DNA of 62,790 nucleotides, filler included, from Sphacelaria rigidula (GCA_964200075.2; 8 parts of 8 records of this genome joined end to end with filler, not necessarily neighbours in it), one strand, 5' to 3'. Positions 34,401 through 45,948 are shown, counted from the whole stretch's first letter. The notes: generated from the sequence alone by a model not told the origin. Numbers and translations are program-made.

Positions 34401-36598
34401 ATGACCCCTTCCGCGTCCCGTCTCGGGAAGGGAATTTCAGAGCTCAGTGCACAAGAAGTTGCTGAACATTACAGTTCTTCGGTGTCCAAGTCAAGATGTT
34501 CCTCTCGCTGGACTGTACATATGCATGAACCTTCTGCTTTCACTGCTTGGTGATAGCAGCAGGTGCTACCTTTTACGTGTGGGAGGAAGTGTGCTTAGAA
34601 GACCGCATCGTAATGGAAAAACACCTGGGGATCGACGTTCTCCAAAAGCAAACGGCCTGTTTGGTCAGGGGCGGTGGCCCGTAACACAGGGCGGTTGACC
34701 ATTACCCGGATACCGGTTGCCCGTAACCCCGACCGGTCGCCCTTCAGCGAAAAATTGCCCTTGACCGGGCGTGGCCCTTAACCCGCAACAGGGCTAATCC
34801 CTGCAGGGACCACGCCCCTGACCCCAACCCCAAGACTAACCCTGGCCCTGAACCTTACCACAGCGATCTTCGAATCCCGATGCGGTTCCCTGAGCACGGA
34901 GTCTTGCCACGAAGGGGCAGCAAGCGATCGATCTCTTTTCTGCCGCCGTCGCGCAATGAAGCACAATACCCACACGCGGAGATGCCGCAAACTTAGTTCA
35001 TTCCACGCTCGTGTGAGGGCCAGTCGGTCTGATTGAGCTTTCCCCGTGGTGTTTTCGCTTGGCAAGGTGTATGCCTCCTTTCAGTAGAACCGTGCCGTAG
35101 AATCTGGCTGGGAACAGCCAAGAAGCAAAAATCAAAGTCTTGATGCGCCCAGGAACGTAGCCGCCTTGTTTGCCCAGCCCAGAACCTAGAAGCACAACGT
35201 GACTTCGTAACAATGAGCCAGCAACCATTGAGTTGGATCAAGTGAAGCCCCCCATCACCACTTCGTCACAGCGCGTGACCCTGGACCCATGAAATAGCGA
35301 CAACTACCTGGGCTTAGACCACACAGACCGCATGCATTGCGTATGATGTGGGCATACACATATCGCTTGACTCCAGCACAGGCGGTCAACGAAACTTCGA
35401 TGGCGTGTGGGCTTTTGTTTGCAAGTCGAACATACTCTGGTCAAAATCCGACCTAGTGCCGATACCCACTGAACTTCAAGTTTTGTAGCAAAATGTTTCC
35501 GCTTGCTCTACTTTCACATATGTTGTTTATGGCATACCGTAAAGTCACGAGAAGCGAAGCAGAACGTCAGGTGGCAGACCTCATGTCCATCACGACCTCG
35601 GCCTCCCAACTCCGGGCAGATGAGTGCGTGTGTACGTATGGGGGTGGTCAGGAGGACTTGAATGTCCCCGTCGTGTTTCCTTGGGCAAACCATTTGCTTC
35701 CGGCGCAAAAATGTACTTTTTCAGGCGCTGCAGTTGACGAAAGGTTAAACCGGAAAGACATCGCCACTTAGCTTTAGTAGTTTACACTAGTAACATTGCT
35801 ATCGACTTGGGTGTGGGAGATGTATGTAGTCAGACTCAGTGTGACTAATTGAGGTCACTTGAATTCAGCGTGCTTGGCCTGAGTATCATGTAAATTCGAA
35901 ACATGCATGCGCACTGGGCACTGAAACGCCTCAGCGTAGCGGGCGCACGAGGTCCGCCAACTCTAACCGAGCTCTAGTTCTAACCCTGCTTTGGGAGGTA
36001 TGGTGTCACGTACCGAGTAGACATACACCCTCGGTCGTGAACACAATGGGACAACATCTGGCCGCAAGACTCAAGCGCTTGGCCGACCATGTGCGTTGCC
36101 CCTTGTCCCTGCAGAGAAAGAGACGTGCAAGGAGGACTTCACCTGCCCCAGGGGCTACCTGAACGTCGGCGACAAGGAGTGCAGCGGCAAGTGCGACAGG
36201 CGCGAATGCTGCGAAAAGGGTAAGAAGACGTCTCGGCATGGCTCGCTTTGGTGTTGTTCACGGACGTAACCGCGTTCGATGTGTAAACAGCAAAATATCC
36301 TGATGACGCAAATAGACCGCGATGATGCTGCTGCGTGCTTCGAGATCACGGAACGTGCGTGCTTGACGTCCGCCTGCCCGTCATATCAGAGGATGAGAAG
36401 TGCCGCGACTTCTGGTGCCCCAAGGGTTGGACATCTCTCGACGACGACTTCACGTGCGACGGCGAATGCGACAAGCGTGACTGCTGCGAAAAGAAGCGCC
36501 GCAGGAGGAAGAGGGGGAGGGGCGGCAAGAACAGGAGGGGCGGCAGAGGAGCGGCAGGAGGAGCGATGATTGTGAGTCTCAACTCTGGTCGTGTTTAG
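31448..36598 (+). CDS. Multi-exon gene (5'-truncated by the contig end) encoding tandem six-Cys repeats plus an Arg/Gly-rich basic tail
   Basis: Exons 31448-31464 (partial), 31983-32087, 32968-33075, 33717-33824, 34024-34128, 36115-36219 and 36390-36571/36598. Introns are GT...CAG and phase 1. Repeat consensus EK(E/K)TCK(D/E)DFTCPxGYLNLGDKECS(R)GKCDRRECCE(E/K). Confidence 0.9.
31499..31711 (+). mobile_element. MITE with internal telomere-like CCCTAA-derived tract (copy A)
   Basis: TIR TGTAATGCGTGAGAGGACCGCGTGCTT / AAGCGCGCGGTCCTCTCACGCATTGCA. Confidence 0.85.
31983..32087 (+). CDS. Cys-rich repeat exon (105 bp)
   Basis: TTGCAG|(E)KETCKDDFTCPKGYLNLGDKECEGKCDRRECCEE|GTAAGT. Confidence 0.92.
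32619..32866 (-). mobile_element. Same MITE family, inverted (copy B), carrying a (GGGTCA)n variant tract
   Basis: Degenerate TIRs TGTGATGCGTGGGAGAGGACTGCGTGCC / AAGCACGCGGTCCTCCCACG, with a hexamer array at ~32682-32760. Confidence 0.8.
32968..33075 (+). CDS. Cys-rich repeat exon (108 bp)
   Basis: TTGCAG|(E)KKTCKDDFICPRGYLNLGDKECSRGKCDMRECCEE|GTGGGT. Confidence 0.92.
33717..33824 (+). CDS. Cys-rich repeat exon (108 bp)
   Basis: TTGCAG|(E)KKTCKDDYTCPEGYLNLGDKECSRGKCDRRECCEK|GTGAGT. Confidence 0.92.
34024..34128 (+). CDS. Cys-rich repeat exon (105 bp)
   Basis: CTGCAG|(E)KETCKEDFTCPRGYLNLGEKECSGKCDRRECCEK|GTGAGA. Confidence 0.92.
34574..34911 (+). mobile_element. Same MITE family, degenerate (copy C), with a nested ~135-bp insertion (CCTGTT...AACAGG, ~34656-34791)
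   Basis: The internal motifs GGATCGACGTT and CCCTGCAGGGACCACGCCCC are separated by an extra segment with its own short inverted ends. Confidence 0.65.
36115..36219 (+). CDS. Cys-rich repeat exon (105 bp)
   Basis: CTGCAG|(E)KETCKEDFTCPRGYLNVGDKECSGKCDRRECCEK|GTAAGA. Confidence 0.92.
36390..36598 (+). CDS. Divergent Cys repeat plus basic tail exon
   Basis: ATCAG|(E)DEKCRDFWCPKGWTSLDDDFTCDGECDKRDCCEKKRRRRKRGRGGKNRRGG..., ending either at a GTGAGT donor (36572) or at the TAG at 36596-36598. Confidence 0.85.
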
Positions 36599-36907
36599 TA
36601 CAGCTCGTTGTGATCACGTGTTATTGCCAAGGATCTCATGAGCAATGCTACGGTAGCGGTGCACTTTTTTCGCGAAATTTTGTCTGGTTCAGGGGCTCCT
36701 AACGACTTTAGACGCACAAGAATACAGGTCAGGGCATCCCCATTCGCAGATTTATTCGGGATATCCCCAGCACATAGGAATAGGAATCTTGGCGTACTCT
36801 CGAATATTTTAAGTGGTGTTTTGGATGAGATAACGGACTCTTAACAATTTTAATCTCAGAAACTATTTCTTTACCCCTACCGTAGCATCACTCTCATGCT
36901 GTCGACT

Positions 36908-37124
36908 TGTAATGCGTGAGAGGACTGCGTGCTTAAAGGACCGCGCCGTAGTTCAAAATACCTCAGGATCGATGTTTTCCAAACCCAATCGGGTCAGTCC
37001 CTGCAGGTACCACGCCCCCGACCCTAACCCTAACCCTAACCCTAACCCTAACCCTAACCCTAACGATAGAGTTGTTCAAATTCCGATGCGGCCCTCTAAG
37101 CACGCGGTCCTCTCACGCATTGCA
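36908..37124 (+). mobile_element. Same MITE family (copy D) with perfect (CCCTAA)7
   Basis: Intact TIRs and seven perfect CCCTAA units at 37022-37063. Confidence 0.9.
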
Positions 37125-37970
37125 GAGTGGCATGCGACGACCTCCATGAAGAGCATATGCAAAGACCGCCACGAAGCTGCGAGATGGAGATTGTGCGGAA
37201 AACGATATTTCTCGTCCACCGAGAGTCTCTGCTTGCAGTTCGGTCGTTCCGGCAGCGTTCGGCAAATAAATGTAAAGCCGCGCAGCCAATGTGACATCGT
37301 GTTGAAGTGACGTGAATCACGTGGGTCACACGGGATCCTGAACCCCCCCGACATACCCTGCTTCTTTTCTTGTCTGTAAAACGCGGAGAGAAACGTGATT
37401 AGCTGGCGAGTATGCTGCTCGCACTGTGTACAACTCATTCGCTTCGCCCCTGATACCCCCGTGACCGACAGGAACCTTACGCCGTCAAGATCGGAGGCAT
37501 CAGCGAATACAAGGAGCATGGGAGATGGAAATATAAATGTTGCTCCATGCGGAGACCGAAGAGCACCGTTTCTTCGTGAGCACAGAAGTACGGGCATGAT
37601 TTCTGCACAGTGCGCTCAGCGTATTACTCGTCGTCGGCAGCCGTCCGCAAAGCGTGTCTTACATGGAGCCATGAGTGTTCAACTGCGTGGAGTGTGCACG
37701 TACCGATTTTCTTTCCGATTTGTTTTTCTCAGAGGTTGCTGACACCTATTATTGGTGTATTCGCCATATCCGTAGGTGTACGGGTTTTGCAAAGTTTGGC
37801 AACAAGGATTAATAGATGAGCGTCGACGAGCTTATGGTGTCGAACGGGTCGTATTTGTAGCAGGCGGGCGAAGGATCAATTCACAAATGAAAAAATGAGT
37901 ACGAACACGTGATAGACTGACTGTTGCGATCTCAGCGTAGACTGATTTCGTATTTGAATGTCGTGTTTAT

Positions 37971-38428
37971 TGTAATGCGTGAGAGGACCGCGTGGTTAGA
38001 GGACCGCGCCGTAGTTCGAAACACTTCAGGATCGACGTTTCCCAAAGCCAATCGGTCCAGTCCCTGCAGGTACCACGCCCCTAACCATAACCCCAACACT
38101 AACCCTGACCGTAACCCTGACCCCAACCACAGGGATGTTCAAATTCCGATGCGGTCCACTTAAGCACGCGGTTCTCTGATGCATTATTACATTTATGTCA
38201 AAACTGCGATACAACTTCAACACGACATTGTGGTCGCTTCATTGAATATATTTTTGACCTTATGAGATCTTGTTTTCAGGCGAACTAGTCCAAAACACCC
38301 CAGGATCGACGTTTTTCGAAACCAATCGGGCCAGTCTCTGCAGGAACCACGCCCCTGATCCTAACCCCAACGCTAACACTAACCCTAACCCCGACCATAA
38401 GGGTGTTCCAATTCAGATGCGCATTACA
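37971..38428 (+). mobile_element. Same MITE family, copies E (37971-~38186) and F (partial, ~38283-38428)
   Basis: TGTAATGCGTGAGAGGACCGCG start, plus two CAGGATCGACGTTT...CCAATCGG...CCACGCCCC cores followed by decayed CCCTAA tracts. Confidence 0.8.
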
Positions 38429-39960
38429 CGGACTACTCACCACGCAGGATATCGAGGATGATAACGTGCATGTCACGAATGAAAAACTGAGTACGAGCAC
38501 GTGACTATCGACTGACTGTTGCGATCTTGGACAACGTAGACTGAGGAAGTGTCTCAGCACATATTTTTCAATCGAGGATGTGCGGTGGAAAAGAAAAATT
38601 CCGCTCCGATAGATCGTAGTTCAACCACCGTGGTGTATCTTCAAGATGGTTGAAATCACGACTTATCAGATCCGAAAAGTTGTTCTCCTTCGCATTGTTT
38701 CGATCGAAAAACAATGTGCCAAGACACATACATGGTGATTTCGAAGTTGAATGTCGGGTACATAGCAAAACTGCGGTACAACTTGTGACCTAATGAAACG
38801 ATGATGTTGCTGCTTCATTGAATATCTTTTCGACCCTATTTTGGGGGTTAGGGTTAGGCCCTATTTTGGGGGGGAAGCAAATTACTACGCAGGATGTTGA
38901 GGAAGACAACATGCCGTTATTATTCGTATCAGCAGGATACTGTCGCGAAGTAGATAACAATAAATTGTGCGAATTGAGGTCTAACTCCGAGATGAGGTTC
39001 AAGTCCAAAACAGTGCTTTCCTCACACTTTCAGCGATGGTGCCCAATGACGTTTTTGTCGTCGGCCTGATGCCCCTCGATCGCGTAGATACTTTTTCGGC
39101 GCAATTCACCGACTGTGTGGGCTTGTAGCGCTGACCGAAACCGTCATTTCCCCCCCCCTTTTGGGAGAAGAGTAATATAAGGGAAAATGACGGTTTTGGT
39201 CAGCGCTANNNNNNNNNNNNNNNNNNNNNNNNNNNNNNNNNNNNNNNNNNNNTTAATTAATTAANNNNNNNNNNNNNNNNNNNNNNNNNNNNNNNNNNNN
39301 NNNNNNNNTCCTCCGGGTTCTCATCCTCAATCAAAAGCACCATCCTCAACATAGATGATTCGCTGTTTGTAGGTAGTACCCTCACAAATTTCGTCAGTCT
39401 TTGAGATGAGAGACGAGGGGTTTTTAACATTTCTATCCCCAGGTTTTCCACGCAAGACAAGTCATGACCGGGAGAGATGAGCCATGAAGGTTCCCATATT
39501 CAGCTGTGTTTTACTCGGATACGCGAGCAGGTGCATCATGGTAATGGAATATTGAGAAACAGAAATTCCGTAATCAATGAACGGTATAGGCTATCCCATT
39601 CCATCGCATATATTCCCAAGACTTCAGCGAAGTTCCAAGTGCGCAAGCTCCTGCAGTTTAAGCCATGTCGGAGAGCCCCGAATCTTTTTCTCTTCTGTCC
39701 TCGTCTTTACCTTGTCTTCTCGTTTATCTTCAGTGCAAAGGATTCGTCCGCCATACCTTGGCGCTTTGCTTTGATCACTTTCAAAGAGTGTTTCGTCGCC
39801 AATTCTGTAAGACTTCTCTGTCAGGTTCTTGTGTTTTTCCGAGATATGTTCACGGAGCATGCACGGACGGCTGGCTCAGTGAGATTATTTTGATGGATTG
39901 GTCAACGAAATGTACAGCACATTCCCGACGCTACCGAGAGAATATGCTGGCCAATATCAA

Positions 39961-40320
39961 ACAGACAATTCTATAAAATGAGGTTCATCAATAAAATGAG
40001 GTTCAAGCCCGAAACAGTACTTTCTCCACATTTTCAGCGATGGTGCCCAATGACTTTCTTGTCGGCCTAATGCCCCTCGATCGCGTTGATACTTCTTCAG
40101 CGCATTTTACCAACTCTGTGATATCAGGGAAAACGGCGGTTTCGGACAGCGTTGTAAGCTCACAGAGTTGGTAAAATGCGCTGAAGAAGTATCAACGCGA
40201 TCGAGGGGCATTAGGCCGACCAGAAAGTCATTGGGCACCATCGTTGAAAGTGTGGAGAAAGTACTGTTTTGGGCTTGAACCTCATTTCATTGATGAACCT
40301 CACTTTATAGAATTGTCTGT
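39961..40320. mobile_element. 360-bp foldback element with 6-bp TSD (TATCAA)
   Basis: Arms ~39961-40121 and ~40160-40320 are near-perfect reverse complements, and TATCAA flanks both ends. Related sequence occurs at ~38990-39208 in the previous contig. Confidence 0.85.
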
Positions 40321-40650
40321 TATCAACACATACTCAATAGTAGGCGAAAAGACGCTACCGTGAGAAGACGCCGACGCGACTTTTATTTTTATTTTTACAA
40401 AAAACAAGTACATGTGTATGGTCTTTACCGCCGCATTGTGCCCAGAAGAGATGACTGAGCCCCGGTCGGAACTTCATGCCGCGAAGTGAAGGAAAGCTGA
40501 GACGGACAAGAGCGACCGATTAATATCAAAATTAAGTAGCGACAAGATGTGCCGGAAGCAAACGATTCACCAACGCGTATACGAAGCGCAACCGCTTCGT
40601 CTCCTGCAGCTCCTGCTGCCGGCATTTTCGCGGCAAATATTAGACACGTA

Positions 40651-40823
40651 CGGCAAACCAAACTTGGAAGTATAGAGTCATAGTGGAAGGGGGGGAAATG
40701 GGGCTGTAGAGTGCTTGTTTTGCCACTGCGCAGTCGCAAAACAAACAGGGGCAAAACAAGCAGTGTACAGCCCCATTTTTTCCCCTCCCACTCTGACTCT
40801 ATACTGCCAATTTTGGGTTTCCG
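40651..40823. mobile_element. ~170-bp palindromic MITE
   Basis: AGTATAGAGTCATAGTGG...TGCTTGTTTTGCC pairs with GGCAAAACAAGCA...CCACTCTGACTCTATACT. Confidence 0.75.
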
Positions 40824-41236
40824 AACCTCTCAACTGTCAAACTCTACTTCAAGTGCTGCATTGGGATCTTCTTCCCCACACCTGATGCAGTACACGTGGC
40901 CAACGCACTCCCTACGCGTGAATTGTCGACAACACATGATACACCGTAACACACTGCATAGTAGGTCACCGGAAATCGCTCCCTCCCGTAATACTTTTAC
41001 CAACAAACATCGTTGCAGGTCGGGTGAAGTGTGCAACCATTAACCCCACCCTTAACCTCGCCACATGCACCGTGATACACCGTCTATGGGTCCTACCAGT
41101 ACTGACTTACAAAGCGGGGCACCGACAGCACACAACAATTTATCAATAAGAAGATCGAAGAGAACATCGGCAACCCAGGGCGCGCGCGGGTCGATTATGC
41201 CACAACCGTTCCAGGGTGCACTCTCGCGGTCAACGA

Positions 41237-44200
41237 TCATGGGACGGAGGTCTTCGAGCGCTTCCTGGGCCGGGATCCTCGCGTCTCCATCGAGTCTCTG
41301 TGGCGTTTGGTGCGCTTGTAGTTGCCCCACCTCTGCTGAGAGTTGGACGCTTTCTCCTCCTTGACATTGACGCTGCCCTTCACCTTGCTCCTGCCCACCT
41401 CACTTGTACTAAACTTCGATTTGCTGCCCGATCCCTTCGGGCGACCTTCTTGTGGGGGTTTTGCCGGGTTGCCTGGCCCGGGTGCGCTCTTCACCATATG
41501 GATCAGAGTAGACCCGTATGCCACCGTTTGGGTTTGGATCGACAACGCCTCTGCCGGCGATGATACGGAACTAATGATGGTGTTTGTTTCCTCCTTGAAG
41601 CGCGCCATCAACGTGGCGAAGATGCGCCGTTGATCGGCTTCCACTCTGGCGTTTCGTTTCGACTCGGCTGGCTCTCGGGGGTGCACACCGTCGGCATTGT
41701 TGTCAAGGATAGGTCCCCCACCACCGTCGCTGTCACCGTCGCGAACTCCGTCCCAGCCTTCACCATGCCCCGACGACCGGAGCACCTGCTTCACGCTCCA
41801 CGGAGCGTCCTGGCCATCGGTTCGCTCCCGCCAACGGTTGTGCACACACGCACTATCGAATGGGTGTTGGACTTCGCCACCTGCGTCCACCATTTTTTCC
41901 AACATTTGCGGGAAGACGGCGAAGTAGTGCCTGCATGGCGGTCCACGGCGCAGAAACTGCAGGCAAGAACAGAGGTGAAAGTTGCCGGGCCCCAAAGCGA
42001 CGAGATGGCTCGGGCGCGACGCCCGAGTTGTGAACTTGTACTGTACTATCACGACCACCTCAGCGGGGACGCCAGCAATCACGTTCAAAAATGCCTCCAG
42101 AGAAGTGCGCGCCCACATGCTGGCGTCCGACGCGCCGTGAAAGTAACTTTCCAGGTCCGTTAAATCCGGCGCCTCTTGCAAGATCTTCGCTCGGGGGTTC
42201 ACCGACGACAAGCGGCGAACATAGGCAGCACCGACAGGGAGCGATCTGCCGTCGGCATCCGTTGGTCCTCGTGCCATGCTGACATCGTAAGCCTGACATC
42301 TGTTTGAGAACTCCACTCGGAGCTCCTGCATGGGCGAGAACAGAGCACAAGCCGGTTGTTTCCATCGCACAACCCGACTTTTTATCCTGAGCATTGTTAG
42401 ACCAACGTTCATGTACTGGAATCTGGATTTGTACGAATTGACGATTTGAGCGACAATATCAGGCGGTTTCCTCTCGCGGACTGAATTTTCTGACCCCAGT
42501 CCGTTGGGCAATGATTTTCGGCTAGCTGTGAGCAGGCCAGATCAATTCTTCGATTCCCTGGACGTTGACTTTGATGTATCACCTTCCTGAAAAAACCCGG
42601 GCAACTCTAGGATCTCGACGGCATCTCCGTGAATCTCGCGGCGGCGAGATCGTAGAGTGCCTGGATTGTATCGGGAGGGTCATATTTCAAAGTCAACGTC
42701 TAGGAAATCGGAGAATTGATCTGGCTTACTCACAGCTAGCCGAAGAACATTGCCCAACGGACTGGGATCCGAAAACTCAATCCGCGAGAGGAAATCACCT
42801 GATATTGTTGCTCAAATCGTCACTTCGTACAAGTCCAGATTCCAGTGCATAAAAGTCGGTCTTAGAGGCAACCGCCGACAGAATTTCTTCCTGAAAGCGA
42901 CAAGCATCGCAATTCTGACGCCAAGACCCGCGGTGTACGCAGCCTAATCATGGGGTGCTACGTACGGGACACTCCGAGTCGATACCACGCAAGTCAGTAC
43001 TGACCTTCTCGCAGTAATTACTCGCCCCCGCGGCCCGCAGACTGTCCCGAATGGGTCGGAACATCTTCTCCAGGTCCTTCACAGCGAATGCTCTCCCGGT
43101 ATCGATGCGGCGGGACGATAGTCTGTCGGACATTCGAAAGACCAAGTTCCGTGAGACTCAACAAACAAGAATTTACCTGGATTTGCATGCCCATGGAACG
43201 AGACTACAACGACCTGCAGTAGTCAAGCTGCACGGAATGATCAACGGATTGAGTGGCTGAGCAGCCCGTTGATTCATGAATTGTCCCCAACCTCAAGCCG
43301 ATTGCGAGTGGGAGTGAGTTTCTGAAACTCGCCGGCCACGAAGACTCATCACGGTTGCTGTTCACGCACAACATTAAGGATCGAGACACGCGACCATCCA
43401 ACACGAGTTATTGAAAGAGGCGGCTCCAAGGTAATCCACGATCGGCTATTATTTCAAACAAGACCACCGCTTGCCGGAGATCCTAGACGACCCTCATCTC
43501 GTGAATATGGACTGTGCATGAGCATGCAGCGCCTCACCTCTCGGTCTTCATCAAGAGGCGCGTTTCCAACTGACGAAGTTTGTCCCAAGGGCGCACAATG
43601 ACGGGCCCCTATGGATGCCAGTTTGTTTTGCCACCCCGAACAGACCCTCGGTTCGCTGCGTCGCAACCATACCCAGGGTAAGATGTGTCGGCCGGCAGGA
43701 AAAAGCCCATTTTTTTTTTTCCTGAAGGGATGGAGAGGCCGGTCAGTGGATGCAACACACGGCGCCGGATAGAGGGTCGGGTTAAGTTGTATTCCAACTT
43801 TCACTCACGAACGACCACCGATAGACACGGATGTATGCAATTTGCGGCGTGGAGGCCATAATCGCGGAAATGAGACCCACTTTGGGGGTTTCTGCCACTT
43901 GTGTTGTGTACCCACGCGAACATGTCGGCGATGTAGCCCTCGCACTTGGTCCCCTTTGCCATTCTCTCCACCTCATGCTGGAAGCGACCGAATACCTGAC
44001 GCAATACAGGGGCAGAAGGGGTTTTTCACTAGTGAGATCGCCTAGCTCCTGCCCGTTACCGTTTTCCTGATGAGGTTCGCGTAACACCAACATGATACTC
44101 CGCCAGCATGTGCGCCCATCGACGTACACTTTGAGGGACACGCCGACGGTGTTTGGGACGAATACCACATACCATCCCTCACCTCGGAAGCGGCTGCGCA

Positions 44201-45040
44201 GGCTGAGGACGAAATATTGTGCATGAATACTTGACCGATCACTTTCGCCGAGCGAAGAAAAACATTTCTTCGCCATGTTTTTGAAAATGTGCCATAAGCA
44301 ATACAGGTGGAGCGTGCTGGGCCAGGACGTCTTCACCGCAGCCGTTATTGCCAGGTCCGCATCTGACAGCACAACCTGTGCAGCAGCGGAAATTGATAAA
44401 TATTGTCACGATATTCACCAACACGTCAGTCCATGTCAAGAGAGGCAACTGTCGCAAACAGCCCAGGCAGAGAAAAATTCTGGGAGCAGCAGAACTTCTC
44501 AGTCTCGAGAGTTGAAAAGCATGTTCACATGGCGTGAAGGATACCTTCGGTCGGCGCCCACCACTCGCGCGGCAGTATTTGTCAAGAATCCACTCGAAAA
44601 TCTCGGTGCACTCAGACCGCAAGAGGCTGTACCCCAGGATGCAGCTGCGATTCTCGCTATCCACGCCCACAAAGAGAAGAAGGCATCCGTATCTGCGAAC
44701 CAAATTACACGTGAGGCGGTGACGGTACGCATCATTGAACAACGAAAGTGCGGATAGAGAGGCAGCAAGTGTGGAACACATCCCGACATACCTTCTCACC
44801 TGCACACGAGCACCGTCGTATCCAACTGGATGCAACCTCCGTATGTTACGCACTTCTTTTGCTGTTCTGCGGTGGCCCAGTATGCATCCTCGAGTCTTCC
44901 TTCTGCATCCAGAGTATATTCGCAGAACATACCAGGCTCGCTTTTGAGGGTAGACAAGAACTCGGTCGCATCCTGTGGAGAGCAGTAGAAATCCTTCTGC
45001 ACCTTCTGCATCATGTTGCGGACCTGGAACGTGATCATCC
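41237..45040 (-). mobile_element. Mutator-like (MULE/FAR1-type) transposase gene with SWIM zinc finger; intron-containing, probably inactivated
   Basis: Motifs IQLDTT (first D), LLFVGVDSENRSCILGYSLL...E.FEWIL, VLSDADLAITAAV (second D), HLYCLWHI (CxxH) and SWIM CSCLQFLRRGPPCRH. Segments are separated by GT-AG introns and an inserted foldback. Confidence 0.88.
42396..42863. mobile_element. ~470-bp foldback element inserted within the MULE
   Basis: Arms ~42396-42575 and ~42687-42863 are inverted copies. The same peptide MPNGLGSENS(V/I)RERK appears on opposite strands. Confidence 0.85.
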
Positions 45041-45643
45041 ACCGCAAATATAAAAAGGAATAGGAAAACAATTGACACGGTAAGGGGTGGACAGCACTCT
45101 CCCGAGTGATGCCGAGTGTTCAACCACCACTTGTCATGAATGGTTCGCGACACGAGAAAACAGAACCCACACGCGCTTCCCGCCCCATCCTCTGTCACAG
45201 TAGTCCTCGCTTACCTTCTTCTTCCCATCTTTGCCGAGTAACAAACCCTCACCATCTGCTTCGAGGAATTTTATAACGTCCCCGGCTCGGAGGCCAGCCG
45301 CTGTCCACTTCCGAATATCTCTTTCCCTCGTTGCAACGAGGGAGGTAGGGAGGATATGAGGATCGGCCCTTTGATCGATCCCCGCGGGTCGTGGTTATGA
45401 TTCTCACGGGACTGGCGATACGGAATCAAGGCGAGCGGAAGGGGGGGAAGGGGGTGGATGTTGTCGGCTGCTACACGTGCCCGTGCCCGAAACGCAGAAA
45501 CAATATCTATTTTTTGATGGCGTGTCGGGTGGACCTCGATATCGATTACCCTGTTTCCCATCCGTATCAAATAAAATACAGTTCCAACACTTTGTTATAG
45601 TCAATTGAATGTCCCAGTAGATATCAACGTCTTTTGCCAGTTT

Positions 45644-45948
45644 CACATGCGGCTAGTTGACTATCCCCCGAATCCCTCGATACGAAATTCACCGCTCCAA
45701 AGGGGACAGAAGCTCGGTGGATCCGTTTCATCCCTCTGGAGGGTGGGTAGTATCCTTCTGCTCGGGGATTGAACACCGGTAGTGAAACAGCCCACAGGTA
45801 GTCGCTCTAGAGGGAGGGAGATGGACCCAGCACAACATGAAATCCTCCCAAAGGTCACTGCTCCATTAGGAGCGGTGTTTTATTCCTCTGAAGAGGTGTG
45901 AACTTTCGTGCGGAGGGATTTTTGGCGGTAGTCAAATGGCCGCGTGCA
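45644..45948. mobile_element. MITE related to 515-869
   Basis: CACATGCGGCTAGTTGACTA / TAGTCAAATGGCCGCGTGCA ends with TT on both flanks. Confidence 0.6.

Noticed and set aside
37022-37063. True telomere or telomere fusion
   Set aside because: The tract is short, internal and enclosed by MITE TIRs.
42396-42511. N-terminus of the 424-aa ORF as a genuine transposase start
   Set aside because: It lies in the arm of an inserted foldback element, and the same peptide appears on the opposite strand at 42750.
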